Counted from the stretch's first letter, positions 30,760-41,464 are shown. The stretch is DNA of 64,000 nt from Candidatus Krumholzibacteriia bacterium (GCA_050174015.1 JBFXKG010000004.1:64001-128000), one strand, 5' to 3'. The notes: generated by a model from the letters alone, not told the origin. Numbers and translations are program-made.

Positions 30760-31427
30760 AGAACGGGCCCATGGACCACCCCGATGATGAAGTCCTGGCG
30801 GACCGGTTGAAGCGGCTGAACGAGCCGCCGGCGACGCCGCGGGACCGGATGTGGGACCGGATCGACGCCGCCCGCAGGGACCGGCGCGGACGCACAGCCC
30901 CCCTGCTCTTCCGTCATCCACGCCGTCATTCCGCCCTCTGGCGAACCGCGGCGGCGGCGGCAGCCGTCCTCGTCCTCGGCTTCGGGATCGGCAGGCTGAC
31001 GGGGCCCGGGCCCGTTCCCTTCCCGGCGGCGGTCACCGATCCGACGGAGGCCGTCTCCGGCGCCCCCGTCAGGGTGAGGGACGACATCTACCGCCTGGCC
31101 GCCATCGACCTGTTCTCGCGGGCCGACGTCCTGCTCACCGACGTGAAAGCCCGCCCCTGTTCGACGTCGGACCTGGGCGAGGTGCCTGCCTGGGCGGGGG
31201 GAATGCTGTTGCAGACCCGGCTGCTGATGGACACGCCGGTGGCGGGCGACCCCGAGGTCCGCTCCCTGCTGGAGGACCTCGAACTGGTGCTGGCCCAGAT
31301 CGCCGGGCTGTCCCGCAACGACTGCAGCCGGGACATGGCTTGGATCAAGGATGGGCTGCAGGAACGATCCACCCTGAACCGTCTGCGCGTGCTGACCGAC
31401 AGCGGCGCGCCCGGGCGGGCACTCTGA
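30756..31427 (+). CDS. Putative anti-sigma factor-like single-TM protein
   Basis: Coupled to the ECF sigma; one TM (AAAAAVLVLGFGIG); LLEDLELVLAQI. Confidence 0.6.
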   Translation: MKNGPMDHPDDEVLADRLKRLNEPPATPRDRMWDRIDAARRDRRGRTAPLLFRHPRRHSALWRTAAAAAAVLVLGFGIGRLTGPGPVPFPAAVTDPTEAVSGAPVRVRDDIYRLAAIDLFSRADVLLTDVKARPCSTSDLGEVPAWAGGMLLQTRLLMDTPVAGDPEVRSLLEDLELVLAQIAGLSRNDCSRDMAWIKDGLQERSTLNRLRVLTDSGAPGRAL

Positions 31428-31443
31428 CCGGAAGGATGCTGAC

Positions 31444-32772
31444 ATGAAATCGCTCACCCCTCGTATCACCGGCCCGCACACGCTGTCGGCTGCGGCGTTC
31501 CTGCCGGCACTGCTGGCTCTGATGATCCTTGCGGCCTGTCCGACCCTGGCGGGCGACGATCCCGCTGCGACGATGGAAGCCGGAAGGACGGCCCTGAACA
31601 AGGGCCGCTTCCGGGAAGCCGCCGAGTTCTACCGGCAAGTCCACGAATCGGCCCGCGAGGACGACCTGGCAGGCAACGCCCTGTACTGGGAAGCCTTCGC
31701 CCGCTACCGGCTGGACCGGGTCGAGGAACTCAAGGAGGCCGCCACGCTCCTCGCCCAGCAGGCGGAACTCTATCCTGACGTCGAGACGGCTACCGACGGG
31801 GAGGCTCTGCTGGCCCGCATCTACGGCGAACTGGCGCAGCGCGGCGAGGCGGACGCCGCCCGCAAGGTCCGCGAACTGAGCGAGGAGCAGGTGCGGGCCG
31901 AGACGCAGATGGCCGCATTGCACGCCCTCATGGAGATGGATCCGGACAAGGCCCTGCCGGTCCTGGAGAACATCGTCACGGGAAAGAAGAAGACCAGCGA
32001 CGAGATGCGCCGCAACGCCGTCTTCATGCTCTGCCGCTACGGGGAGGAACGCAGCCTCGACCTCCTCATCAAGCTCCTGCACGAATCGGAGGACGCCGAG
32101 CTGCAATCCGAACTGGTCATGTGCCTGTCCATGACCGAAAGCGAGAAGGCCCTGGACGCCATCGTGGACTTCTTCGGAACGACCGGCGATCCGGAGCTGG
32201 GAGAGGCCGCCCTGTTCGCCATCGGTCGCCACGGCGGGGACAAGGCCTTCCTGATGCTGGCGGACATCGTCAAGGACACCACCCGGGATCCCCGGATGCG
32301 CCGGCAGGCCCTGTTCGGGCTCGGGAACACCGGTCGCGACGACGATGTCGCCGCCTTGGCGGCCGGCATCATCGAGACCGAAACCGACCCGGAAATGCGG
32401 GAAATGGCGCTGTTCTCCCTGTCCGACCTCGACTCGGAGATGGCCGACCGGGTCATCCTCGACCTGATCCGCAACCCCGCGGCGGACGATGAACTGCGCG
32501 CCCAGGCCCTGTTCTTCGCCTCGGAGCGGGAGAAGGTTTCGCTGGACATGGTCCGGGAACTCTACGCCGGCACCGACAGCCGCGATCTGAAGCAGCAGAT
32601 CTGCCACGTTTTGACCCAGATGGACGACGAAGAGGCGGCCCTGGGCCTGCTGATCGAGATCGTGGGCATGGAGAAGGACCCGGAGATCAAGCGGGACGCC
32701 GTGTTCTGGGTGAGCCAGTTCGACGACCCCCGGGCGGCGGAGTTCCTGCTGGAGATCATCAACGAGGAATGA
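31444..32772 (+). CDS. Secreted HEAT-repeat protein
   Basis: Signal peptide; ALYWEAF; repeated R-x-x-A-L/V-F-x-L helices. Confidence 0.75.
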   Translation: MKSLTPRITGPHTLSAAAFLPALLALMILAACPTLAGDDPAATMEAGRTALNKGRFREAAEFYRQVHESAREDDLAGNALYWEAFARYRLDRVEELKEAATLLAQQAELYPDVETATDGEALLARIYGELAQRGEADAARKVRELSEEQVRAETQMAALHALMEMDPDKALPVLENIVTGKKKTSDEMRRNAVFMLCRYGEERSLDLLIKLLHESEDAELQSELVMCLSMTESEKALDAIVDFFGTTGDPELGEAALFAIGRHGGDKAFLMLADIVKDTTRDPRMRRQALFGLGNTGRDDDVAALAAGIIETETDPEMREMALFSLSDLDSEMADRVILDLIRNPAADDELRAQALFFASEREKVSLDMVRELYAGTDSRDLKQQICHVLTQMDDEEAALGLLIEIVGMEKDPEIKRDAVFWVSQFDDPRAAEFLLEIINEE

Positions 32773-33889
32773 CCCGGGCGGTCAGTTCGGCGGCGAGGGC
32801 GGCGCCGGCCACGGCGTTGCCCCGCCGGTTCCAGTGGGTGTCGTTGGGCACGTAGAGGCGGGCCGTGTCGCCGTGGGCGGCCCGCATGACCGGAAGCAGA
32901 TCCAGGATGGGGACGGACCTGGCCCCCGCCCACTCCCTCAGCCTCCGCTGGGGCCCGTCGAAATCATGATCCCCCTCGGCGAGCCCCAGGCCGGCCAGCA
33001 CCTGCCCGCGCACCACCGGATCGACCTGTTCCTCCCCGGGAATCACCATCAGCAACCAGGGCACGTTCCGCGCCCGGCAGGCCGAATCGATGCGGTCGAG
33101 ATGCCCGAGGGCCTCCGCCCACAGATCCTCCAGATCGTGACCCGGATTCTTGAGGTACACGGGGATGTTGCTGGCCAGGATCTTCAGGTACAGGGGCGAG
33201 ACCTCGGGGCTTGCGGTTTCCCCGGGCAGACCTGCAACCCCGGATCCGCTCCACCTTTCCTTCAGGCCGCGGTACACCACGCCCTCGGCCAGCTGGAAGA
33301 GCTGGGACTTCCGCGCCACGTCCAGCCAGCCGATGGGGCTGTGAGGGTGGTACATGCGTCCGGCCAGGACGCGGCCGCGCACGGGGATGCCCGTCACGTC
33401 GTTGCCCACGAAGAAGCAGGCGATCACCAGGTCGGGATCCAGCCCCAGCCCGAAGCTCTCCAGCAGGTCCGCCTCGTGTTCGGGGCTGTACCCCGGCGCG
33501 CCCAGCAGCACCATCTCGGTCCGCAGGGAGTCGCCGTCCGCCGCGAGGGCGCGTTCGCAGACCTTCAGGAAGTTCTCGGCCGGCGGCACCGCTCCGTAGA
33601 CGAAGGAGTCGCCGAGGCCCAGGATGCGCCTCACCCCCGCCGGCTTCGCCACGGGGTGATTGCGGTCGCGAAAGCCGAAGGCGTTGATGAAGTCGGGATG
33701 ATCCTCGGGCAACGAGCCGGGCGGGCTGGGCCGCAGGCGGAACCCGCAACCGGGGTCGGGGATCCAGGCCGCCCCCTCGGGCGCCGGCAGGCGCGGCAGG
33801 ATGATCCGAGCGGTGATCTCGCCCAGACCCAGACCCAGCGCCAGGCCGAACGCCGCCAGCAACAGGCGTCCGCGCCAGGCCGCGATCAC
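32759..33889 (-). CDS. SGNH/GDSL hydrolase family protein
   Basis: GTG start overlapping the upstream stop; INAFGFRD, LGLGDSFVYG, FFVGND and DTHWN motifs. Confidence 0.82.
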   Translation of the reverse strand: MIAAWRGRLLLAAFGLALGLGLGEITARIILPRLPAPEGAAWIPDPGCGFRLRPSPPGSLPEDHPDFINAFGFRDRNHPVAKPAGVRRILGLGDSFVYGAVPPAENFLKVCERALAADGDSLRTEMVLLGAPGYSPEHEADLLESFGLGLDPDLVIACFFVGNDVTGIPVRGRVLAGRMYHPHSPIGWLDVARKSQLFQLAEGVVYRGLKERWSGSGVAGLPGETASPEVSPLYLKILASNIPVYLKNPGHDLEDLWAEALGHLDRIDSACRARNVPWLLMVIPGEEQVDPVVRGQVLAGLGLAEGDHDFDGPQRRLREWAGARSVPILDLLPVMRAAHGDTARLYVPNDTHWNRRGNAVAGAALAAELTARVIPR

Positions 33890-35112
33890 GGCTCCACCCG
33901 GCGGAGCAGGTCCCGGGCGCTGGTCGCCTGTTCGGGGAAGGCGAGCGCCCGCTCCAGGTGACGGCGGGCCTCGGCAGGGCGGTCCAGTTCCAGGGAGCAG
34001 TAACCGAGCATCAGGTGGCCGCGGCCGAATTCCGGATCCAGGGCGACCGCCTTGCCGAAGTGCTCGGACGCCGCCGCGAAGTCGCCGTCCATCAGGTCCA
34101 CGTCCCCGAGCAGGGCCCAGCCCGAGGCGGTCGGCCGTCCGGCCATGGCCTGCCGCAGGGTGCGGCGTGCGGCCTCCAGATCGTGGGCCGCGAGCCACGC
34201 CGAGGCCAGACGCTCCACCTCGGCCCGGGCGGCGGTCTCATCCGGCCCCGCGCTTCCCCCGTCGGCCTGCAGGGCCCGCTCGTAGCAACGAGCCGCCTGC
34301 CGGGGCACCTCGATGACGGCGTACAGATCGCCCAGCTGCCGCCACTCCGCCGGCGTCAGCGGCCTCAGGTATCCGGTCACCGTGAGCAGGACGGCGGCGG
34401 TGCGATAATCATCGCGGGCGGCCGCCTCCTGGGCCGCCAGCTCCCAGGAAGCCGGGTCGGACGGCCGATCGGCCAGCAGGTGGTCCAGGAACGGCCGCGC
34501 CTGGCCGGGATCCGCGCTTTCGAGAGCCGCCGCCACCAGGGCCCGGTACCACTCGGGTTCGGCGACGGCGCGATGGTCTGTCAGCAGGGTCGACAGGGCG
34601 GCGGCGGCCTGATCCGGCCGGCCCGCCAGCAGGTCGCACACCCCCGCGTAGTGGAGGAACTCGGGCCGGGGGTCGGGCGTCAGGGCGTAGCCCCGCGCGA
34701 ACCCCTCGGCGGCGGCGGCATATCGCTCCAGGCCGTAGGCCGTCTCGCCCAGCCGCAGCCAGGCCCGGGCGAAGCGGGGCTCCAGCCGCACCGCCGCCTG
34801 CAGGTCGGCCAGGGCGCCGGTCTCGTCATCCTGCGCCAGGCGCGCGTTCGCCAGCTCGTAGCGGAGGAGGGCGTGGTCGCGCGCCGGGTCCCCGGCCAGC
34901 CACCCGGCCAGGACCTCCGCCGCCTCGGCGGGCTTGCCATCGTCCAGCAGGCTGCGGGCGCGGAACAGGATCTGCTGGGCGCGGGGAGCCAGGTCCTCGC
35001 CGGCCTCGATGCGCGCCTGCTCGACCTCCCGCCCGGGAACCTGCCCCGAAGATCCCCCCGCCGGCAGGACCAGCAGGAGCAACGCCGCAGCCATGCGCGC
35101 CCTCGCCTTCAT
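33886..35112 (-). CDS. Tetratricopeptide repeat protein of the TonB operon
   Basis: Signal peptide and multiple TPR-like helices; coupled to tonB. Confidence 0.8.
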   Translation of the reverse strand: MKARARMAAALLLLVLPAGGSSGQVPGREVEQARIEAGEDLAPRAQQILFRARSLLDDGKPAEAAEVLAGWLAGDPARDHALLRYELANARLAQDDETGALADLQAAVRLEPRFARAWLRLGETAYGLERYAAAAEGFARGYALTPDPRPEFLHYAGVCDLLAGRPDQAAAALSTLLTDHRAVAEPEWYRALVAAALESADPGQARPFLDHLLADRPSDPASWELAAQEAAARDDYRTAAVLLTVTGYLRPLTPAEWRQLGDLYAVIEVPRQAARCYERALQADGGSAGPDETAARAEVERLASAWLAAHDLEAARRTLRQAMAGRPTASGWALLGDVDLMDGDFAAASEHFGKAVALDPEFGRGHLMLGYCSLELDRPAEARRHLERALAFPEQATSARDLLRRVEP

Positions 35113-35738
35113 CGGTCGATCTGGAAGACGACCCGGGTGACCACCCAGGACGGCACCGGGCGACCCTCGAGGCGCCCGGGTTCGAATTTCCACTGGGGCA
35201 CGGCCTTCAGCGCCGCGCCGTCGAAGACGCCCTCGGGACTGGCGTCCAGGACCTCGACGGAGGCCACCGAACCGTCGGCCTGGACCAGCAGCTTCACCTC
35301 GACGTAGCCCTCGACGTTCCGCTGACGCGCCTTGAACGGGTAGACCGGCGAGGTCCTCACCACCGCCCGCGGCGGCTGGTCGAGGTCGTCGGCCTGGAAG
35401 ATGAAGTCCCCGCGCACGGGCTCGCCCCGCAGAAGGGACGGATCGATGGCCACCCGGACGTCCCCCAGCCGGGGCCGGTCCAGACTGGGCCGGGGAAGGT
35501 CGGGCATGAAGTCCATCTGCGGCGGGGCCTCAGGCTTCGGCGGCGGTTCCCGCAGGGGCTCCGTCCGGTCGACCTCGGGCGGCCGCAGCGAAACCAGCTG
35601 GACGGCGGCGGCATCGTACTGGCGCGGTTCGACCGTGCGGTCGCGGGCCAGCAGGGCGGCCGCCGCGAACAGCAGCACGTTCAGGACCAGGGCCGCGACG
35701 GCGGCCGGAATCAGCAGCAGGCCCGGGCGCCCGCTCAT
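35109..35738 (-). CDS. tonB: Energy transducer TonB
   Basis: N-terminal TM, Pro-rich linker, then PVYPFKARQRNVEGYVEV...WKFEPG. Confidence 0.9.
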   Translation of the reverse strand: MSGRPGLLLIPAAVAALVLNVLLFAAAALLARDRTVEPRQYDAAAVQLVSLRPPEVDRTEPLREPPPKPEAPPQMDFMPDLPRPSLDRPRLGDVRVAIDPSLLRGEPVRGDFIFQADDLDQPPRAVVRTSPVYPFKARQRNVEGYVEVKLLVQADGSVASVEVLDASPEGVFDGAALKAVPQWKFEPGRLEGRPVPSWVVTRVVFQIDR

Positions 35739-36154
35739 TCGACGCCCTCCCGGCTGGCCGCCAGGCTCACGTTCTTCGCTCCGGCCAGGCGGCACTGGTC
35801 CATCGCCTTGATGACGGTTCCCGTGTTGCTGTCCTTGTCGGCCACCACCACCACGCCGGCCTCGGGATCCTCGGCCAGGGCTCGCTCGACCAGGGCCCGC
35901 ACGCTGCGCACGTCGATGCGCTTGCCCTCGAAGTAGACGTGGCCCTCGGCGCTGATGCCCAGCAGGATGGTGCCGTGCTCGGTCACCTCGGCCGTCGCGG
36001 CGGTGGACCGCTGCACCTCGATTCCCGTCTCCTTGACGAAGCTCGTGGTGACCACGAAGAAGATGAGCAGCAGGAAGACCATGTCGATCAGCGGGCCCAT
36101 GTTGATGTTGACCTCGCTGCCGGCCCCCCGCAGGGTGCTGCGGACCTTGATCAT
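35735..36154 (-). CDS. exbD: Biopolymer transporter ExbD
   Basis: INMGPLIDMVFLLLIFFVVTTSF; VVVVADKD. Confidence 0.92.
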   Translation of the reverse strand: MIKVRSTLRGAGSEVNINMGPLIDMVFLLLIFFVVTTSFVKETGIEVQRSTAATAEVTEHGTILLGISAEGHVYFEGKRIDVRSVRALVERALAEDPEAGVVVVADKDSNTGTVIKAMDQCRLAGAKNVSLAASREGVE

Positions 36155-36711
36155 GCCGCCTCCCGTCCGCCGAGGGCCCTGCCCCGGGCCGCTTCGGCCT
36201 CGGCGACCGTGGTCTTCAGCCGCCGGGCGATGGTGTTCAGCCGGTTGCTCATGAACAGCCCGGGGATGGCGATCAGCAGGCCGGTCTGGGTGGTGATCAG
36301 GGCCACCGAGATCCCTCCGGCCAGGGCCCGCGCGTTGCCCGTCCCGAACATCGCGATGACGTCGAAGGTCTGGATCATGCCCAGCACCGTCCCCAGCAGC
36401 CCCAGCAGGGGGGCCACCACCGCCAGGATGGAGATCGCGGCCAGGCGGGAATCCAGCAGGCGTTGCAGGTGCAGGGAGCACTCGGCCAGGATCTCCCGGT
36501 CGAGCTCCGGCCGGTCCGGCAGCCCGGATCGGCGCTCCGCGAACAGGGCGTCCAGCCTCCCGGCCGGACCCGGAGCCCGGCGCCACGCGGCGAACTCACG
36601 GTAACGGTCCAGGATCAGCGTCCACATGGCCACCGACACCGCCGCCAGCGGGGCCATGATCCAGCCGCCCTGGGCCAGGTAACCGCGCACCTGCCACGCC
36701 AGGTCGATCAT
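36151..36711 (-). CDS. exbB: MotA/TolQ/ExbB proton channel protein (short)
   Basis: APLLGLLGTVLGMIQTF; GGISVALITTQTGL. Confidence 0.88.
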   Translation of the reverse strand: MIDLAWQVRGYLAQGGWIMAPLAAVSVAMWTLILDRYREFAAWRRAPGPAGRLDALFAERRSGLPDRPELDREILAECSLHLQRLLDSRLAAISILAVVAPLLGLLGTVLGMIQTFDVIAMFGTGNARALAGGISVALITTQTGLLIAIPGLFMSNRLNTIARRLKTTVAEAEAARGRALGGREAA

Positions 36712-38114
36712 GCGGTGGCCTCCTCCTGGGCCCGGCGTTTCTGGATGATGTTCGTCAGCTGGACCGCCTTCTCCTCCATGTCGCCGATCAGGTGGTCGGC
36801 CTTCCGGTTGATGAACGTGTGCAGGAGCATGATGGGGATGGCCACCGCCAGTCCCAGCTCGGTGGTCACCAGCGCCTCGCTGATGCCTCCGGACATGAGC
36901 TTGGGATCGCTGGTGCCGAACAGGGTGATCACCCGGAAGGTGTCGATCATCCCCGTCACCGTGCCCAGCAGACCCAGCAGCGGCGCCACGGCCCCCAGCA
37001 CCGCCAGGATGGCGATCCCCTGCTGGATGCGCGGCAGCTCGTGCAGGATGGCTTCCTGCAGGACCGTTTCCAGGGTGCTGCGGTCCTCGTCGCGGGCGCC
37101 CAGGCCCGCCCGGATCACGTGGATCACCGGCCAGTTCTTTCCTGCGTTCTCGGCCATGATCCTCTCGCAGCCGTCCCAGTCCCCCTGCGCCGCCAGATCC
37201 GTCACCCGACCCATGATGCGGTCGGTGTTGCCGTGCACCCTGTTCAGGAACACGATCTTGGCGATCACGATGACCAGGGCCGCCAGGGCGATCAGGCCGA
37301 TGGGCCAGATGATGGGTCCGCCGGCCTGCAGCTGCTCGACGAAGCCGGTCCGGTGGGTCAGCTGGCGCAGGGCCGCGCCCCCGCTCATGTCCACCGGAAC
37401 GTCCGCGGACCGGCCATCGAGGTAGGCCTCCAGCGAACTCCGCACGCCCCGCGGCGGCAGGGCTGCCAGGGCGAAGAGCTGTCCCCCGTCCGGCTGCCAG
37501 TCCAGGAAGCCGAGCTCGTCGCCGGTGCGATAGACCGTGGTGAACTTGCCCAGCTGGAGGACGTCCCCCCGGGTCTGCTTGCCGTCCCGGCCGATGAAGT
37601 CCCCCGCCGCGAGGGTGACCTGCTGGCCGCGGGCGATCTCGTCGAAGAAGACGTCGGCCATGGCCGTGATGTCGTCGATGTCCGGGAAGTAGCCGGTGTC
37701 CAGCAGGGGGGCCACCGTCTCCAGCCGCCAGGGCCGGCCGGCGCTCAGGGGCGAGGCCTTGAGCAGGGACTCCAGTTCCCGCGCGGCCACGCGCACGTTG
37801 CCGCTGATCTCGCGGAAGGCCAGTTCGCGCCCGCTCCATCGGGCCGCCAGCTCGTCGCGGCGCCGGGCGCCCTCGGCCTGGCGGCGTTCCAGGTCGGCCA
37901 CGCCGTCCTCCAGCTCCGCCTGGCGCCGTTCGAGACGCTCGACCTCGGCCAGCAGGGCGGCGCGGTCGGCCAGGATGCGGGTCTCGGCGGCGCGGGCCTC
38001 CTGCAGGGCGGCCTGGCGGTCCGCCTCGGCCTTGCGCGCGGCCTCGCGGATGTCCTGGCCGACAGCGGGGACCGCGAATGCCAGCAACCACAGGATGGGC
38101 AGCAGGCGCCTCAT
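36708..38114 (-). CDS. MotA/TolQ/ExbB protein with long periplasmic coiled-coil N-terminus
   Basis: Signal peptide, coiled coil, APLLGLLGTVTGMIDTF and GGISEALVTTELGL. Confidence 0.88.
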   Translation of the reverse strand: MRRLLPILWLLAFAVPAVGQDIREAARKAEADRQAALQEARAAETRILADRAALLAEVERLERRQAELEDGVADLERRQAEGARRRDELAARWSGRELAFREISGNVRVAARELESLLKASPLSAGRPWRLETVAPLLDTGYFPDIDDITAMADVFFDEIARGQQVTLAAGDFIGRDGKQTRGDVLQLGKFTTVYRTGDELGFLDWQPDGGQLFALAALPPRGVRSSLEAYLDGRSADVPVDMSGGAALRQLTHRTGFVEQLQAGGPIIWPIGLIALAALVIVIAKIVFLNRVHGNTDRIMGRVTDLAAQGDWDGCERIMAENAGKNWPVIHVIRAGLGARDEDRSTLETVLQEAILHELPRIQQGIAILAVLGAVAPLLGLLGTVTGMIDTFRVITLFGTSDPKLMSGGISEALVTTELGLAVAIPIMLLHTFINRKADHLIGDMEEKAVQLTNIIQKRRAQEEATA

Positions 38115-38911
38115 GGCTGCGCCTCCGCGGCGGGGGCGATCCTGCCCAGGGGAAGCTCGATGAGCTCGACCGGCCGCAGGCGCGAGGCCATCTCCATGGC
38201 CAGTCCGATGCGGCGACGGGCCCCGCCGTCGGCGAGAGCCAGCCAGGCCCCCTCGCCCTGATCGTACGTCCCTGCCTGCTTGCGGTCCGGGGTCATCCAG
38301 AACAGGGCCACCCGGCCGAGCCGCAGGATGTCGGCGAAGATCGTCTCGCCGGCGACCTCGATCTCCCCCTGGTAGACCTCGGCCGTCGCCCCGTAGGCGG
38401 CTTCGACCTGCAGGGCTTCGAGCAGACGCCGCAGCTTCTCGGCCGAGGCGATGTCCGGTCTGGACAGCTCATCCCTCAGGGTTTCGAGGCGGAAACGGCG
38501 CTCTCCGGGCAGGAAGGGCAGGCTGCGGGAGACCGAATCCTCCAGGCGGTGGAAGAGGACCTGGAGGGTGTCCTGCAGGCTTCCCTCGAGCCGGTCCGCC
38601 TCGCCGAGCCGGCGCTCCAGTTCGGCGATGCGGCCCTCGAGGCCGAGCACCCGCTGCTGTTCCACCCCCTGGCGCTCCTCCAACCACTCGACCGACGCCT
38701 GGGCCTGACGGAAACGGCGCAGGAGGTCGTCCTTCTCCTCGGCCCAGGCGTCCAGACCCTGCTGGGTCTGCTGCCGGACCTCCACCGCCTGATCCACCGC
38801 CTCGCGCGCCTCCTGCCCCGTCTGGGCCCACGCCTCGCCCGTCGCGGCGAGGAACGCCGCCAGGGCGTAGAACCAGCCCCGATACGCCATCCGATTCGAA
38901 TTCATGAACAT
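38111..38911 (-). CDS. DUF3450-like periplasmic protein of TonB-system operons
   Basis: LPFLPGERRFRL, AEKLRRLLEALQVE and LRLGRVAL; first gene of the exbB-exbB-exbD-tonB-TPR operon. Start uncertain (38890-38911). Confidence 0.75.
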   Translation of the reverse strand: MFMNSNRMAYRGWFYALAAFLAATGEAWAQTGQEAREAVDQAVEVRQQTQQGLDAWAEEKDDLLRRFRQAQASVEWLEERQGVEQQRVLGLEGRIAELERRLGEADRLEGSLQDTLQVLFHRLEDSVSRSLPFLPGERRFRLETLRDELSRPDIASAEKLRRLLEALQVEAAYGATAEVYQGEIEVAGETIFADILRLGRVALFWMTPDRKQAGTYDQGEGAWLALADGGARRRIGLAMEMASRLRPVELIELPLGRIAPAAEAQP

Positions 38912-38957
38912 CCTGTTCCGGTTGAGGGGGGCCGGACCATCCGGCTCGCCCGCCTGG

Positions 38958-39584
38958 TCATTCCGCTCCCGGGGAGAAGGAATTGAAGAACTGCTGGATG
39001 AGAGGGTCGTCCCACAGGCCGCCCTCGACGTCCCAGGCCGAGAGCAGGTAGACCGCGCCCTCGACCAGCAGGCCCCGCAGCCAGACCTCGCCGACCCCGT
39101 CACCCGACGTCGCCCGGACGTCGACGCCCTCGCCCTGGCGGCCCGGACCGAATTCGCCGCTGATGAACTGCTCGCTCGTGACCAACGCATCCATCTGCTT
39201 GAGGACCTTGCGCAACTGCCGGGTGACCTCGTTCGGGCCGGCCGGGCCGCCCCTGCCGTCGGTGAGGTTGAAGAACGCCGTCACCGAACAGCCCTGACCC
39301 TGCTCCTCGAAGCGATCGCAGGTGACGGCGATCACCTGCACCGCCTCGATGTCGGGATCGTCGTCTCCCAGCTGGTCCTGCTCGTTGTAGAGCTGCTTCA
39401 CCTTGGCGCAGCCGGTCGGCATCATCACCCGGAAGTCGCCCAGGGAGGACGAATACAGGTAGGGATTGTTCTGGTCGACCGTGGCGTTGTCCGACGTCGT
39501 GGTGATCTGCGGGTCGGTGGCCGTGGCGCTCGCCGCGCCGAGCAGGGCGGCTGTCGCCAGCAGGACGGTCATGATTTGCTGCAT
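38958..39584 (-). CDS. Hypothetical secreted protein
   Basis: GAGGAG RBS; MQQIMTVLLATAALLGAASATA signal peptide; host-like codon usage. Confidence 0.7.
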   Translation of the reverse strand: MQQIMTVLLATAALLGAASATATDPQITTTSDNATVDQNNPYLYSSSLGDFRVMMPTGCAKVKQLYNEQDQLGDDDPDIEAVQVIAVTCDRFEEQGQGCSVTAFFNLTDGRGGPAGPNEVTRQLRKVLKQMDALVTSEQFISGEFGPGRQGEGVDVRATSGDGVGEVWLRGLLVEGAVYLLSAWDVEGGLWDDPLIQQFFNSFSPGAE

Positions 39585-39595
39585 GGGGCTCCTCG

Positions 39596-41464
39596 CTAGG
39601 TGGTCCTGCCCAGGTCGGCGTGCAGGGCCTCGGCCTGGTCGATGAGGGATCCGAAAAGGGTCACCACGTCCTCCATGGGACCGGACGTGGCGAGGTCCAC
39701 TCCGCCCAGCATCACGGTGGCCACGGGATAGCGGCTGCATCCCGAACGCAGGATGTCCAGGTATTGTTCCCGCTTCTCCGCACCCCCGGCCAGGACCTTC
39801 CGGGAAAGGGCCACCGCCGCCGAGTAGGCCGTGGCGTACTGGTAGACGTAGTAGTCGTAGTAGAAGTGCGGGATCCGCATCCAGGTCAAGGGGCTGCGGT
39901 CCGGATCGAAGTCCACCAGCGGCCCCCAGTACTTGACCAGCAGTTCCCGGTAGAGCTCGCCCAGGGCCTCGGCGGTCAGGGTCTGGCCCTGCTCGCCCAG
40001 GCGGTGGATGCGCAGCTCGAATTCGGCGAACATCGTCTGCCGGAACACGGTGTTGTTGATCTGGGACAGGTGGTAGTCCAGCAGGTAGGCCCGCCGCCGG
40101 GGGTCCGTGGTGGTGCGGACCAGGTGGTCCATCAGCAGGAGCTCGTTGAAGGTCGAGGCCACCTCGGCGGTGAAGATGGGGTAGCTGCCGTAGACGTACG
40201 GCTGGTTGTGCACCGCAAGCCAGCTGTGCATGGAATGCCCCAGCTCGTGGGCCAGGGTGAAGGAATCCCCCAGCTGGTCCGACCAGTTCAGCAGGATGTA
40301 CGGCGGCGTGTCGTAGACGCCGTTGCTGTAGCCCCCGCTGCGCTTGCCGGCGTTCTCGTGGACGTCGATCCAGCCGCCCGCGATGCCCTCGCGCACCGTG
40401 CGCACGTAGTCCTCGCCCAGGGGCGCGAAGGCCTCGAGCATGACCTCGCACGCCTCGTCGTAGGTGAACTTGAACTCGCCCTCGGGAAAGAGGGGAACCG
40501 CCAGATCGTATTCCCGCAGCGGGTCAAGGCCGAGGACCGCCTGCTTGAGCGCGGTGTACCGGTGGATCGCCGGCAGGTTCTTGCCCACGGTGTCGAGCAG
40601 GGCGTGGTAGACCTCCGGCGGCACGGCGTCGGGGTGCAGGCTGGCCTCGAGGGTGCCCGCGTGACGCCGCGCCCCGGCGAAGAAGACGTGGTTCTTGACG
40701 TTGGCGTCCATGTTGGCGGCCATGGTGTTGCGCAGGGCGCCGTAGCCGTCCAGGAAGGCGGCGAAGGAGTCCCGCCGCACCCGCCGGTCCCGGGATTTCT
40801 GGAACTTGTAGTAGCGGGCCTTGGTCAAGGTCGCCGGCTCGCCGTCCTCCCCGGTGATGGCGTCGAACTGGAGGTCGGCGTTGTCGAAGGCGTTGAAGAT
40901 CTGGCCCGGCCCTCGCGACATCAACCCCGCCGAGGCCAGCAAGGCCTCCTGATCGGCGTCCAGGGTGTGGGGCCGCGCCCGCTGGACGTCGTCGAAGAAG
41001 TGACGGTAGACCTCCAGGCCGGCCTCCGCCGCGATGAACTCCTCCAGGATCCGCGGGTCCAGGTCCAGCAGCTCGGATTCGAACCAGCTGGTCGCCTCGG
41101 CGAACTTCACCGCCAGGCTGGACACCCGACCCTTGCGGGCCAGGTTCTCCCCGATGCGCGTGTCCTCGTCGCTCTTCATGCCCGCGAAGACCAGAGCCTT
41201 TTCCAGCCGGCGCCGGGACCCGTGGATGGCTTCGATGGTCTCCAGCAACCGCGCCGCCCCGTCGCCCAGGGTGCCCTGCCGCTCCGCCAGGCCGGGCAGG
41301 GACCCCTCGACCTCGGCGAAACATTCCTCCCAGGCCGCCCAGTCGGTGAAGATCATCTCGAGCTTCCACTTGTAGCGGTCGTCGACGGCGCAGCGCTCGG
41401 CCAGGGCTCCGCCGCCGGGGATTTCCGCGTCCTTGAAGGGGGGCAGGATCTCTCTCAGGGGCAT
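39596..41464 (-). CDS. pepF: Oligoendopeptidase F (M3B)
   Basis: YKWKL, GKRSGGYS, TLAHELGHSMH, FTAEVAST and WMRIPHFY motifs. Confidence 0.95.
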   Translation of the reverse strand: MPLREILPPFKDAEIPGGGALAERCAVDDRYKWKLEMIFTDWAAWEECFAEVEGSLPGLAERQGTLGDGAARLLETIEAIHGSRRRLEKALVFAGMKSDEDTRIGENLARKGRVSSLAVKFAEATSWFESELLDLDPRILEEFIAAEAGLEVYRHFFDDVQRARPHTLDADQEALLASAGLMSRGPGQIFNAFDNADLQFDAITGEDGEPATLTKARYYKFQKSRDRRVRRDSFAAFLDGYGALRNTMAANMDANVKNHVFFAGARRHAGTLEASLHPDAVPPEVYHALLDTVGKNLPAIHRYTALKQAVLGLDPLREYDLAVPLFPEGEFKFTYDEACEVMLEAFAPLGEDYVRTVREGIAGGWIDVHENAGKRSGGYSNGVYDTPPYILLNWSDQLGDSFTLAHELGHSMHSWLAVHNQPYVYGSYPIFTAEVASTFNELLLMDHLVRTTTDPRRRAYLLDYHLSQINNTVFRQTMFAEFELRIHRLGEQGQTLTAEALGELYRELLVKYWGPLVDFDPDRSPLTWMRIPHFYYDYYVYQYATAYSAAVALSRKVLAGGAEKREQYLDILRSGCSRYPVATVMLGGVDLATSGPMEDVVTLFGSLIDQAEALHADLGRTT